A stretch of 64,000 bases of DNA from Syntrophales bacterium (GTDB taxonomy: Bacteria; Desulfobacterota; Syntrophia; Syntrophales; UBA2210), in NCBI GenBank assembly GCA_963662405.2, contig CAXXKT010000001.1:960001-1024000 (forward strand), written 5' to 3'. The position numbers were made by a program, and so were the translations under genes. The notes under the pieces are model-generated. The model searched no databases. It saw only the letters and a program-made list of their open reading frames with translations, and was not told where the DNA came from. Below, one piece after another: positions 31,973-42,206 of the stretch. Within the stretch, counting starts at the first letter, position 1; every line of letters starts with the position of its first letter.

Positions 31973-33304
31973 TTAGAGGGTGTGAAGGGACAACTCTATT
32001 TCCTCCACAGTTTTTCTGAGATGATGATCTCGTTCTATCATCTTTTTAATCTTGTTGTTCGAATAAATCACCGTAGAGTGATCCCTTCCTCCGATCTTTT
32101 CACCGATATCCGGAAATGAGTGATTCGTCAACTTTCTTGCGAGGTACATGGCGACCTGTCGTGAGAGTACGAGATTTTTATTTTTTTTTGGCGATTTAAT
32201 ATCTCCCACTCGAGTGTTAAAGTTTTTTCCAACGGCTTTTAAGATTTCATCGACAGTAATCTCCTGTTTTGCCGAGTGTTTAAGGATATTTTTAATAACA
32301 TCCCGTACTATATCAATGGTGATATCTTTTCCGGTTAGGGAGGAGTAAGCGGCTATCCTCGTCAGGATCCCTTCCAACTCTCTGATGTTGGAATCGGCGA
32401 CGGAGGCAATATAATGTGTCATCTCTGTCGAGACATCAATACCATTTTCCTGCGCTTTTTTTTCTACAATCGCGATCCGTGTCTCTATGTCAGGGGGTTG
32501 GATGTCAGCGATCAAACCCCACTCAAATCGTGATCTCAATCTTCCTTCAAGATTTTGAATTTCCTTCGGAAACTTGTCGCTGGTAACAACGATCTGCTTT
32601 CCCGAATCATGGAGGGTGTTAAAGGTATGGAAAAATTCCTCTTGAGTTCGTTCCTTCCCGGCAATGAATTGGATGTCATCTATCAACAGTGAATCTATCT
32701 TCCGGTATTTTTCCCTGAAGTTCGACATCTTGTCATATCTGATGGAGTAGATAAGTTCATTCATGAACTCTTCTGCCGAGACATATAAGATATTTTTTTT
32801 GGGGTAGAGAGAGACGGTATGAACACCAATAGCGTTGATTAGATGTGTTTTCCCCAGACCGACTCCTCCGTAAACAAACAAAGGATTGTAGTTACGAGCG
32901 GGTTGCTCTGCAACCGAAAGAGCGGCGGCATGGGCGAACTGATTGGACGAGCCGACGACAAACCGTTCGAAGGTATATTTCAAATTGAGTGACGAGTGCA
33001 GACGGACGGGAGGACTACTCACCGTCTCATGAGTTCCTCTCTCGATTGATATTTCTTTCTTCTCTGGTTTCCTGATAACGAACTGGACATCGACATTGAG
33101 GCCCGAGATATCCGCAAGAGAATTACTGATCAGCTCAATGTAATTATCTACCAGCCAATCCTTAAAAAACTTATTCGGGACCCCGAGGAGCACATTATTA
33201 TCCTCCAGCGAAACTATTCTGATCGGTTTAATCCACGTATCAAAGTTTTGCTGACTAACTTTTTCTTTAATTATTTTGATACCTTCATTCCAAAATGATT
33301 CCAA
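31973..33304 (-). CDS. dnaA: Chromosomal replication initiator DnaA
   Basis: YTFERFVVG, YNPLFVYGGVGLGKTHL, LLIDDIQF, RLRSRFEWGL and GGRDHSTV; TTG start. Confidence 0.98.
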   Translation of the reverse strand: MESFWNEGIKIIKEKVSQQNFDTWIKPIRIVSLEDNNVLLGVPNKFFKDWLVDNYIELISNSLADISGLNVDVQFVIRKPEKKEISIERGTHETVSSPPVRLHSSLNLKYTFERFVVGSSNQFAHAAALSVAEQPARNYNPLFVYGGVGLGKTHLINAIGVHTVSLYPKKNILYVSAEEFMNELIYSIRYDKMSNFREKYRKIDSLLIDDIQFIAGKERTQEEFFHTFNTLHDSGKQIVVTSDKFPKEIQNLEGRLRSRFEWGLIADIQPPDIETRIAIVEKKAQENGIDVSTEMTHYIASVADSNIRELEGILTRIAAYSSLTGKDITIDIVRDVIKNILKHSAKQEITVDEILKAVGKNFNTRVGDIKSPKKNKNLVLSRQVAMYLARKLTNHSFPDIGEKIGGRDHSTVIYSNNKIKKMIERDHHLRKTVEEIELSLHTL

Positions 33305-33378
33305 TTGCCCAACCCTTTATAAACAATGCTATCAACAGCTGTTAATAAAAATATGAATTGCGTTCAACTGCTTCCGGT

Positions 33379-34254
33379 TCAATATCGATCATTTCCGCTC
33401 ATAATGGCATCTAATACCCGATCGAGATCATCGGCAGAGAGAAACCGTATCTCAATGACACCTCCCTTTCGGAGCGGCTTTATGTTTGTTTTTGCCATCA
33501 ATCGCTCCGAAAGTTTTTTTTCAAGATCTACGATGTGTATCTCCTTCTTAGGAGTTGCCTGCTTCTTTTGGGTGCGGCGGGACGCAAAGCTCTGTGCCAT
33601 CTTCTCAGCTTCCCTGACGCTGAGTTTTTTAGCGATTATTTCACGGAGAGCCGACCGTTGTTCCTCAGATGAAACGATGGATAACAGAGCCCGCGCATGT
33701 CCGGCGGAGATTTCTTTTTTTATGAGAGCGTTCTTTGCCTCCTCGGGCAGATGCAGGAGACGCAAGACATTTGCTATTGTTGAGCGTTCCTTGCCGACCC
33801 GCAATGATATCTCTTCCTGTGAGAGGTGAAACCGGTTTATCAGTGTTTGATATGCTTCTGATTCCTCAATTGGGTTCAACTCTTCACGTTGGATATTTTC
33901 TATGAGAGACAATTCTGCAATATCAAGATCTTCTGTTCCTTGACGAATGATGATCGGAACATCCTTTAGCCCGGCGGCTTGAGCGGCGCGCCACCTGCGT
34001 TCTCCAGCGATAATTTCATAACCCGGGCGGTCGTTGGGCTTTCTCACGAGTATCGGCTGAAGAATCCCGTTTTCTTGAATCGAATCAGAGAGTTTCCTTT
34101 GTTCTTTTTTGTCAAAGACCCTCCGGGGCTGAAAGCGATTCGGTGACAGTTCCTCGATCCCACACATGGCAAAGTGTGATTTATTGACGGAATCGTCCAT
34201 AAGATCCGGAAATATAGCGCCGAGCCCCTTGCCCAAGGCGTTTTTTTTAGACAT
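33379..34254 (-). CDS. parB: Chromosome partitioning protein ParB
   Basis: LGKGLGA, NRFQPR, GILQPILV, IIAGERRWRA, IENIQREELNPIE and an HTH. Confidence 0.96.
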   Translation of the reverse strand: MSKKNALGKGLGAIFPDLMDDSVNKSHFAMCGIEELSPNRFQPRRVFDKKEQRKLSDSIQENGILQPILVRKPNDRPGYEIIAGERRWRAAQAAGLKDVPIIIRQGTEDLDIAELSLIENIQREELNPIEESEAYQTLINRFHLSQEEISLRVGKERSTIANVLRLLHLPEEAKNALIKKEISAGHARALLSIVSSEEQRSALREIIAKKLSVREAEKMAQSFASRRTQKKQATPKKEIHIVDLEKKLSERLMAKTNIKPLRKGGVIEIRFLSADDLDRVLDAIMSGNDRY

Positions 34255-35024
34255 TATATCCTTCCGTTCGTCATGATTTCCTGTGCCAGCGACATATACG
34301 AAACAGCCCCACTTGATTTAATATCGTACAGTATGATGGGCAACCCATGGCTGGGGCTCTCTGAAAGCCTCACATTCCTTGGTATAATGGTCTTAAAGAC
34401 ACTCCTCCCAAAAAAACTTCTCGCTTCATCGGCCACTTGGTGCGAAAGGCGGTTTCTCTGATCAAACATGGTCAGAAGGATACCAGCCAGCGAAAGAGAC
34501 GGGTTGAGCCGAGCCTGTACCAGCTTGACGCTGTGGAGTAACTGCCCCAGCCCTTCCAGTGCAAAGAATTCGCATTGCAACGGAATAATAAATGCGTCTG
34601 ATGCCACAAGGGAGTTAACAGTTAAAAATCCGAGAGACGGAGGACAGTCGATTATAATAAACTCATAAGCACTGTCAATTGTTTTCACAAAGTTTCTCAA
34701 CCTTTTTTCCCTGTCATTGAGAGATACGAACTCTATTTCAACACCGATCAGATCCCGATTTGAAGGGATGACGTCCAGCGTCTGAATATCTGTATGGCAC
34801 ACAAGATCCTGAAAGGGAGCATCCTGCACCAGACCATAGTAGAGATTTTTTTTCTGTACCACCGCTGGGTCGATTCCCACACCGCTGGTTGCGTTTCCTT
34901 GTGCGTCACAATCAATCAGCAGCGTTTTCCGCTCTGCGGCAGCCAGAGACGCTGACAAATTGATAGCGGTCGTCGTCTTACCGACGCCACCCTTCTGGTT
35001 GGCTATACATATGACTTTTTGCAT
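34254..35024 (-). CDS. parA: Chromosome partitioning ATPase ParA/Soj
   Basis: NQKGGVGKTTT, DAQGNAT, IIDCPPSLG and IPRNVRLSESPSHG. Confidence 0.96.
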   Translation of the reverse strand: MQKVICIANQKGGVGKTTTAINLSASLAAAERKTLLIDCDAQGNATSGVGIDPAVVQKKNLYYGLVQDAPFQDLVCHTDIQTLDVIPSNRDLIGVEIEFVSLNDREKRLRNFVKTIDSAYEFIIIDCPPSLGFLTVNSLVASDAFIIPLQCEFFALEGLGQLLHSVKLVQARLNPSLSLAGILLTMFDQRNRLSHQVADEARSFFGRSVFKTIIPRNVRLSESPSHGLPIILYDIKSSGAVSYMSLAQEIMTNGRI

Positions 35025-35155
35025 GTTTTCAGGATTGTTCTTTCCGCACGCGCACCTTCAGAATACTGGTCGAGATGCTAGCACACAAGAGAAGATTTGA
35101 GAAGCGGTAATTTGGGGTAACGAGCAACAGAAATGGTGGGGTCTGAGCTCCTGTT

Positions 35156-35821
35156 TTATGGTAAACGCCTTCGAAAACAGAATAGCTTTCTGAATTCACC
35201 GGTCACGGGGAGGAGCAGCTCCCGAGACCCGGTCAACTCAAGCCCCATTTGTTTGATGGTATCCTCCGCATGGGCCAGTTCTTCGTCCGCACATTGTCCC
35301 TTCATGGCAATCAACATCCCATCCTCAGACAGAAAGGGTTCCCCGATGGTAAGCAGTTGGGAAATATTCCATGTCGCCCGCGATATAACCACATCAAACA
35401 CGCCGCGGTATCGGGTTTCCCGTGCGGCTGATTCTGCCCTGGTGTTGACTGCCGTGATATCACGGATACCAAGAGTCCGAATGACGTGTTTGAGAAAAGA
35501 GGTCTTTTTCCGGGATGATTCGATCAGTGTCACGCGCAGTCGTCCCACCCGAATCTTCAGTGGAATACCGGGCAGGCCGGCCCCCGTTCCGATATCCAAG
35601 AGGGTGGCATCACCTTTTGTGATCAGCGGAATCGGCGTCAGAGAATCGATCAAGTGTTTTGTGATGTCATGGGGGGACTTGATCGATACAAGGGACATCT
35701 TCGCATTCCAGAGAATCAGTTCCCGAGCATATGTCATCAGGAGATCGATCTGAGGTTTCGTGAGGAGAATGCCCATCTCCTGGCTGGTCTTGGCAAGGGT
35801 TTGTTCTGTTTTTTTAATCAT
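35156..35821 (-). CDS. rsmG: 16S rRNA m7G527 methyltransferase (GidB)
   Basis: HLIDSL, LDIGTGAGLPGIPL, RAE, FDVVISRA and AMKG; adjacent to parA. Confidence 0.93.
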   Translation of the reverse strand: MIKKTEQTLAKTSQEMGILLTKPQIDLLMTYARELILWNAKMSLVSIKSPHDITKHLIDSLTPIPLITKGDATLLDIGTGAGLPGIPLKIRVGRLRVTLIESSRKKTSFLKHVIRTLGIRDITAVNTRAESAARETRYRGVFDVVISRATWNISQLLTIGEPFLSEDGMLIAMKGQCADEELAHAEDTIKQMGLELTGSRELLLPVTGEFRKLFCFRRRLP

Positions 35822-36027
35822 ATGGCCAAATAGCTTTATAAAAGAGATACGCCCAATCGCCCCCCGCACATCTCGAAGGTCTGGATATATTGTTACAACC
35901 GTCTCTTTTATATCCCGTGGAAGCTCCGCACAACTTGTGGTATACAGCACCCGATACCGATTCTAGGCAAACAATGCGGATTATGCAATACGAAAAGAGA
36001 CGCGGGTGGCATGTGGAACGGGCAAAG

Positions 36028-36786
36028 ATGGAAAATGTGACGATAGTGCTTAACAGGCCGAAATATCCCGGCAATATCGGTTCGATCGCCCGATGTGCCA
36101 AAAATATGGGAATACCCCGCATGATTGTTGTCAATCCCCTCAATCCTGATCGGGCGGTTATTGAACAGTTGTCGACCCACTTCGCTCTGGATATCGTAGA
36201 CACGATACAATACTCAGATAATCTGAAAGAAGCGCTTTCCCCTTTTCACTACGTAGTGGGGACCACCGGGCGGTCGGGAGATACCAGTCTCAAGAGATCG
36301 ATGGTATCTCCTCGCACCATGGCGGGAACGGTCGTTGATATATCCCACAACAACACGGTGGCATTGGTCTTCGGTCCTGAAGACCGGGGACTGACCAATG
36401 CGGAGCTCAAATTCTGCGATCTCCTGGTGAAAATACCGACATCTGACCACTTGAAATCCATCAATCTATCCCATGCAGCCATGATCATCTGCTACGAGAT
36501 CTTCGTCGCCTCGTCTGAACCCAGGACCGCTTTTACGCAAAAGCTGGCTACCGTAGCAGAGACAGAGGCAATGTATGATCACCTGAAAGAGGTGTTCCTG
36601 CGGATTGGATTCATCAAAACGCAGAACCCCGATTACTGGATGACGAATGTCCGGCGTCTCTTTTCACGGACGACACTCCTGGCCAAGGATGTAAAAATCA
36701 TACGAGGGATCTGCCACCAAGTTGAGCTGTACGGGCGAAAGAAAATCGTGAATGCTGATTCGGGAGAAGATCAGAAAAAAGCTTGA
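36028..36786 (+). CDS. trmJ: SPOUT RNA methyltransferase, TrmJ/LasT family
   Basis: PKYPGNIGSIARCAKNMG, ALVFGPEDRGLTNAEL and SINLSHA. The exact start is uncertain. Confidence 0.85.
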   Translation: MENVTIVLNRPKYPGNIGSIARCAKNMGIPRMIVVNPLNPDRAVIEQLSTHFALDIVDTIQYSDNLKEALSPFHYVVGTTGRSGDTSLKRSMVSPRTMAGTVVDISHNNTVALVFGPEDRGLTNAELKFCDLLVKIPTSDHLKSINLSHAAMIICYEIFVASSEPRTAFTQKLATVAETEAMYDHLKEVFLRIGFIKTQNPDYWMTNVRRLFSRTTLLAKDVKIIRGICHQVELYGRKKIVNADSGEDQKKA

Positions 36787-36811
36787 CTTTGCCGGAGGCG
36801 GATTTTACCTT
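36783..36811 (+). promoter_or_regulatory. Sigma70-like promoter upstream of rfaD
   Basis: TTGACT-N17-TACCTT. Confidence 0.45.
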
Positions 36812-36918
36812 AGTAGTTGAAACTGCAATATGATGTACTACAAGATCGTGTCGATGTGCCGGTGGCTTTTGCGGGATGTCCGTGAGGGCCTATCTACACG
36901 GGGCATGGGGAGAAGCAG

Positions 36919-37905
36919 ATGATTGTTGTGACGGGTGGAGCGGGGTTTATTGGCAGCGCTGTTCTGTGGAAACTGAACACACAAGGGGTTGATGATATCG
37001 TCGTGGTTGACAGTCTGGGGACATCTGACAAATGGAAAAACCTGGTCGGCAGCCGTTTTGCCGATTATCTCGATAAAGAGGATTTTCTGGAATTAGTTCT
37101 CGATGATGCTTTGCCGTTCGAGGTTGAGGCGGTTGTTCACATGGGTGCATGCTCCTCAACGACAGAGCGGGATGCGGATTACCTGGTGGAGAATAACTAT
37201 CGTTACACGGCCCAGATTGCCCGTTGGGCGGTCGAACGGGATATACGCTTCGTCTATGCCAGTAGTGCGGCAACCTACGGGAACGGCTCTCTGGGATTTG
37301 CCGATGACACAAACGTGAGCCAGTATCTGCAGCCCACCAACATGTATGGGTATTCGAAGCAGTTGTTTGATCTTTGGGTTCTGAGAAACGGGTTGGATCG
37401 GAAGCTGGCCGGGCTTAAGTTTTTTAATGTATTCGGGCCTAATGAATATCACAAAGGGGAGATGCGGAGCGTTATTCACAAATCATTCGAACAGATTCGC
37501 GACACGGGAAAGGTACAACTCTTTAAATCGCATCGGTCTGATTACCACGATGGAGAGCAAAAACGAGATTTCGTGTATGTGAAAGATTGTGTAGAAGTGA
37601 TAGCATGGCTCCTTGAAAGAAAAGATATAACGGGCATTTATAACCTCGGTACGGGACAGGCTCGAACGTGGAATGATTTGGTACGAGCGGTATTCAACGC
37701 TATGGGGATCCCCCCTTCAATTGAGTACATCGAGATGCCTGAGGAGCTCAGGCCACACTATCAATATTTCACAGAAGCCGCGATGGAGAAACTGACGGCG
37801 GCCGGGTGTCCCGTCCGGATCAGGTCGCTTGAGGATGCCGTATCCGATTATGTGAAAAATTACCTCGAACAAGATTCGAGATACTTGTCGAGAGAGATAC
37901 CATAA
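36919..37905 (+). CDS. rfaD: ADP-L-glycero-D-manno-heptose 6-epimerase
   Basis: MIVVTGGAGFIGS, HMGACSSTTE, YASSAATYG, YGYSK, FFNVFGPNEYHKG and YQYFTEA. Confidence 0.94.
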   Translation: MIVVTGGAGFIGSAVLWKLNTQGVDDIVVVDSLGTSDKWKNLVGSRFADYLDKEDFLELVLDDALPFEVEAVVHMGACSSTTERDADYLVENNYRYTAQIARWAVERDIRFVYASSAATYGNGSLGFADDTNVSQYLQPTNMYGYSKQLFDLWVLRNGLDRKLAGLKFFNVFGPNEYHKGEMRSVIHKSFEQIRDTGKVQLFKSHRSDYHDGEQKRDFVYVKDCVEVIAWLLERKDITGIYNLGTGQARTWNDLVRAVFNAMGIPPSIEYIEMPEELRPHYQYFTEAAMEKLTAAGCPVRIRSLEDAVSDYVKNYLEQDSRYLSREIP

Positions 37906-37916
37906 GGAGAAAAGGC

Positions 37917-38726
37917 TTGAAAATTATAAGATTCCGCGCACCGGGAGGGGACGTGTTGCGTGGTTCCTTTGATCCCGAGACTCCGGACCGGGCCACGGTC
38001 ATCGACGGTGATATCTTCGGAGAGATCGTCCCGTCGAAGAGGGTGGAACGAGTCGAGGCCTTTCTCTCACCGGTTGACCCCCCGAATATCATCGCCCTCG
38101 GCCTGAATTACGGAAAGCATGCCGGTGAAACGGGGTTCCGTGGTCCCGATCGACCGGTTCTGTTCCTGAAGGCGGCCAGCAGCATTGTTGGCCATGAGGA
38201 ACCCATTATCCTCCCCGCGGCGGGGCCGGATGAAGTCGACTACGAGGCGGAGCTTGCCGTTGTCATCGGGAAAAGGGCAAAGAATGTGTCCCCCGCCGAA
38301 GCCTTGGACTATGTGGTGGGGTATGCCTGCGCAAATGACGTGAGCGCCCGTGACTGGCAATGGCACAAACAGAATGACCAGTGGGCGCGGGGGAAGAGCT
38401 TCGATACCTTCTGTCCCATGGGACCCTATCTTGTAACGAGAGATGAAGTGGAAGGCGCCGGGAAACTCCGCATCAGAGCGATACTGAACGAAGAGGTCAT
38501 GCAGGATTCCAGTACGGCCGATCTGCTGTTCGATATTCCTACGATTATCAGTGATATCAGCTCTTCGCTCACGCTGTTGCCGGGGACGGTCATATTAACG
38601 GGGACACCGGAGGGTGTTGGCTATACCCGAACACCTCCCGTATTTTTGAAGGAAGGTGACCAGGTGACCATCTCCATCGAACAGATCGGTGATTTAATCA
38701 ACCCGGTGATGAGAGAAACGGCATGA
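37917..38726 (+). CDS. Fumarylacetoacetate hydrolase family protein
   Basis: GLNY, VDYEAELAVVIG, ANDVSARD, GKSFDTFCPMGP and ILTGTPEGVG. Confidence 0.92.
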   Translation: MKIIRFRAPGGDVLRGSFDPETPDRATVIDGDIFGEIVPSKRVERVEAFLSPVDPPNIIALGLNYGKHAGETGFRGPDRPVLFLKAASSIVGHEEPIILPAAGPDEVDYEAELAVVIGKRAKNVSPAEALDYVVGYACANDVSARDWQWHKQNDQWARGKSFDTFCPMGPYLVTRDEVEGAGKLRIRAILNEEVMQDSSTADLLFDIPTIISDISSSLTLLPGTVILTGTPEGVGYTRTPPVFLKEGDQVTISIEQIGDLINPVMRETA

Positions 38727-38748
38727 TACACCGGTCGGTGTATCATGC
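38721..38748. repeat. Near-perfect inverted repeat (13-bp arms) upstream of the HtrA gene
   Basis: GCATGATACACCG-GT-CGGTGTATCATGC. Confidence 0.7.
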
Positions 38749-38849
38749 TATGATGCATAACGGGTAACACCAGTGCGAGAACAGTGAGCACCGCCGGTAA
38801 TCAGCGGCGAGAAACAAATATGATGACAAGGAACAGGTCGGGGGTAACG

Positions 38850-40340
38850 ATGAAAGCTGACAATACACAACAAGCACGGCGTTTCATAGCGGTTCTGGGG
38901 GCGTTTCTGATAGGTGCCTTTATCCTTTCCCTGGCAGGGACGGTCCACTTTTCTTCTTTGTCCTTCGACCTCTCATCGCCTGAGGCTGTCGCGGCATCGA
39001 CAACGGAGGTGATCGGCGTCGCACCGGCATCCTTTGCGGACCTGGCCGAGCATCTGCGGCCGGCTGTCGTCAATATCAGTACAACAAAAACGATAGCCGC
39101 CGGCGGATACCGTTCTCCGTTCAACGATCCGCGGTTTGAGCGATTCTTCGGGGGTGATGAGTTTTTCAAACGGTTTTTTGGTGATATGCCGGAGCGGGAA
39201 TATAAGCAGAGGAGCCTTGGGTCCGGTTTCATAATCAGTGAGGACGGGTATATCTTCACCAACAATCACGTGGTTGAAAAGGCCGATGAAATTGTTGTCA
39301 AGCTGTCCAGCGGTAAGGAATATAAAGCGACGATTAAAGGGAAGGATCAAAACACGGATATCGCCCTCTTGAAGATAGAACCGGACAATGGCCTCCCGGT
39401 CGCCAAGTTAGGTGATTCTTCAAAGTTGCGCGTTGGGGACTGGGTCATCGCCATAGGGAACCCCTTCGGCCTTTCAGAAACGGTGACGGCCGGGATCGTC
39501 AGCGCCAAGGGGCGGGTCATCGGAGCGGGCCCGTATGATGATTTTATACAGACGGATGCCTCCATCAATCCTGGAAACAGTGGGGGGCCGCTCTTCAATT
39601 TGCAAGGAGAGGTGGTGGGTATCAATACGGCGATTGTTGCCCAAGGGCAGGGAATCGGGTTTGCCATTCCGGTTGACATGGCGAAAGATATCCTGCCCAA
39701 TCTGAAAGCCAAGGGAAAGGTGACGCGCGGTTGGCTGGGGGTTTCCGTTCAGGGCATCACGGAGGATATTGCCCAAAACCTGAAGTTGGAGACGGAAAAA
39801 GGGGCGTTGGTATCGGATGTCTTCGCGGGTGATCCTGCAGACAAGGCAGGGATCAAAACGGGAGACGTCATTATCAAAATCGATGGGAATGATATTCAAG
39901 ATACCCATGAATTGATCAAAATCGTCGCCGGTATCGCCGTAGGTGAAAAAGTCAAAATCATGGTGATTCGCGATGGTAAGCGCAAGATTTTTACGGTGAC
40001 GGTAACCGAACGCCCTGAGAGTGGAGATATCGCACGGGAGACATCTGATGAAAAGAGTGAAGAGCATCTCGGGATGACTGTTCAGGCAATTACCCCTGAG
40101 ATCGCCGAGCATCTCGGTCTTACCGATCCTTCCGGTGTGGTGATTGCCCAGGTCGAAAGCGGCAGCCCGGCGGACGAGGCTGGTTTACAGGGAGGGGATA
40201 TCGTCATCCAGATTAACCGGTCTCGCATTAGTTCATTGGAGGATTACCGGGACGTCATGTCGCGGGTGGTATCCAGTGACAGCGTCTTGCTTCTGATCCA
40301 GAGAGAGAAATCGAAGTTCTTTGCCGTGGTACGTAAATAG
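38850..40340 (+). CDS. DegP/DegQ (HtrA) serine protease with two PDZ domains
   Basis: GSGFII, TNNHVV (His), TDIALLK (Asp) and IQTDASINPGNSGGPL (Ser). Two PDZ repeats and an N-terminal anchor. The start is uncertain. Confidence 0.94.
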   Translation: MKADNTQQARRFIAVLGAFLIGAFILSLAGTVHFSSLSFDLSSPEAVAASTTEVIGVAPASFADLAEHLRPAVVNISTTKTIAAGGYRSPFNDPRFERFFGGDEFFKRFFGDMPEREYKQRSLGSGFIISEDGYIFTNNHVVEKADEIVVKLSSGKEYKATIKGKDQNTDIALLKIEPDNGLPVAKLGDSSKLRVGDWVIAIGNPFGLSETVTAGIVSAKGRVIGAGPYDDFIQTDASINPGNSGGPLFNLQGEVVGINTAIVAQGQGIGFAIPVDMAKDILPNLKAKGKVTRGWLGVSVQGITEDIAQNLKLETEKGALVSDVFAGDPADKAGIKTGDVIIKIDGNDIQDTHELIKIVAGIAVGEKVKIMVIRDGKRKIFTVTVTERPESGDIARETSDEKSEEHLGMTVQAITPEIAEHLGLTDPSGVVIAQVESGSPADEAGLQGGDIVIQINRSRISSLEDYRDVMSRVVSSDSVLLLIQREKSKFFAVVRK

Positions 40341-40445
40341 CGCATGCCGGTGGATGGGGAGCACCCGGAAGACGAAAGGGTCGTTGGTCCCCCGGTTGCG
40401 CATCTGACCGTCCGTGTCGCCCGCCGCGGCATGACAAGAGGGGGC

Positions 40446-41117
40446 ATGTCGATACAGGAAAAAATCTGGGCAATATATGAGACCCTGAATACATGCTTTG
40501 GTGATCTCCATTGGTGGCCCGGGGAAACCCCTTTTGAAGTGGTTATCGGTGCAATTCTGACACAGAATACTAACTGGAATAATGTAGAGACCGCTATAAC
40601 CGCCTTGAAAAAGGCCGATCTCCTGGATCCGCTCAGGCTCCATGAAGCTGACGACTTAGAAATATCCACACTTATCAGATCTTCGGGCTATTACAATATC
40701 AAAACGAAACGGATCAAGGCCTTTTTGGGTTTTCTCCATACGGTATATGCCGGGGACCTGGATGTGATGTTCAGTGAGGAGTGGGGAGTCCTCAGAGAAA
40801 AGTTGCTGGGTGTCAAGGGGATCGGTGAAGAAACTGCCGACAGTATCCTGCTCTACGCCGGTGGGAAACCAATATTTGTCGTCGATGCCTATACGCGCAG
40901 GGTGCTGGAGCGACATGCGATTATCGCTCCGGCCTGGGATTATCGGAAGGTACAGACCCTCTTTATGGAATCTCTCCCCTGCGACGTATCTCTGTATAAT
41001 CAGTATCACGCATTGCTGGTGCAGGTGGGAAAGCAATTTTGTCGGCAGGCCCCGCGATGCGGGGGGTGTCCCCTTGAACCCCTGTTTATGCGGTGGACCT
41101 CCGATCGAACTACCTGA
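40446..41117 (+). CDS. Endonuclease III-related HhH-GPD family protein
   Basis: WWP..FEVVIGAILTQNTNW, HhH LLGVKGIGEETADSILLY, VVDAY and C-terminal Cys cluster CRQAPRCGGC. Confidence 0.88.
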   Translation: MSIQEKIWAIYETLNTCFGDLHWWPGETPFEVVIGAILTQNTNWNNVETAITALKKADLLDPLRLHEADDLEISTLIRSSGYYNIKTKRIKAFLGFLHTVYAGDLDVMFSEEWGVLREKLLGVKGIGEETADSILLYAGGKPIFVVDAYTRRVLERHAIIAPAWDYRKVQTLFMESLPCDVSLYNQYHALLVQVGKQFCRQAPRCGGCPLEPLFMRWTSDRTT

Positions 41118-41143
41118 TTCGATACCATTCTCAGGGAGGAATT

Positions 41144-42202
41144 ATGGACCTCTATGATTACGCGGGGGTGATCCATCTCCATTCTGCCTATTCCTTTGAC
41201 GGACGGACGTCCGTTGACGAGATTGTAAGAGCGGCAGATGAAACAGGGACCGATTTTCTTATGATCACCGACCACTTCACCCTGGAAGCCAGGAAAAAGG
41301 GTCAGGAAGGATGGCATGATGGTGTCCTGCTCGTCGTTGGCCAGGAGATCTCACCACGATTCAATCATTACCTTGCCTTCGGTGTCGATGAAGAGATCAT
41401 ACTTGATGAATCCGACGAACACGCCTCGCCGCAGGAGTATATAGACAAGGTGCGACAACACGGGGGTATCGGGTTTATCGCTCACCCCGACCATGAAGGA
41501 ACGAAATTGTTTCACGTGAAACAATTTCCCTGGAAGGACTGGTCGGTCTCGGGTTATACCGGCATGGGTGTGTGGGATTTTATGACCGACTGGCAGTCCA
41601 CCCTGCAAAGTCTTCCCCGCGCCTTGGCAGGGTACCTCTGCCCCGCATATGTCTTGAGAGGCCCCCGGGAAATCACCCTGAAACGGTGGGATCGCCTTAA
41701 TCAACAGGGGAAAGTGGTCGGAATCGGTGAGCTGGACAATCATGATACCCCCTATACAATAGGGAAAATGACGATCGGAATCTTCCCTTTTCGCCGTGTC
41801 CTACGGCTTGTCAGAACCCATATACTGCTCGATAGTCCTCTCAGCGGTCAAGCGGGTGATGATATGAACCGACTCCTCCATGCCCTCGCGCACGGGCGGA
41901 CTTATATCGCCATGGAGCATTTTCGGAACGCCAAAGGGTTTTCCTTCATGGTCGCCGATGCGGATCGTGACTTTACCATGGGTGATGAGCTGGTATTGCA
42001 GGGAGAGGGCCTGTTGCAGGTGACCGTCCCGCATGCGGGACGGATACACATTATCCGTAACGGTCATTGCTGTGCGCAAAGGGTTGGGACGGAGATGAGA
42101 TATGCCATAAAGAAGAAAGGTGTTTACCGGGTCGAGGTATATGCCACGGTCTGGGGGCACTACCGTCCCTGGATATTTTCAAACCCCGTCTATGTTATAT
42201 GA
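41144..42202 (+). CDS. PHP-domain metallohydrolase
   Basis: IHLHSAYSFDG, ITDH, GQEIS, IAHP and C-terminal WIFSNPVY; GGAGG RBS. Confidence 0.85.
   Translation: MDLYDYAGVIHLHSAYSFDGRTSVDEIVRAADETGTDFLMITDHFTLEARKKGQEGWHDGVLLVVGQEISPRFNHYLAFGVDEEIILDESDEHASPQEYIDKVRQHGGIGFIAHPDHEGTKLFHVKQFPWKDWSVSGYTGMGVWDFMTDWQSTLQSLPRALAGYLCPAYVLRGPREITLKRWDRLNQQGKVVGIGELDNHDTPYTIGKMTIGIFPFRRVLRLVRTHILLDSPLSGQAGDDMNRLLHALAHGRTYIAMEHFRNAKGFSFMVADADRDFTMGDELVLQGEGLLQVTVPHAGRIHIIRNGHCCAQRVGTEMRYAIKKKGVYRVEVYATVWGHYRPWIFSNPVYVI
41508..41523. promoter_or_regulatory. parS: parS centromere-like site (ParB-binding)
   Basis: Exact consensus TGTTTCACGTGAAACA within a 26-bp perfect palindrome (41503-41528), about 7 kb from parAB. 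Confidence 0.9.
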
Positions 42203-42206
42203 GATC

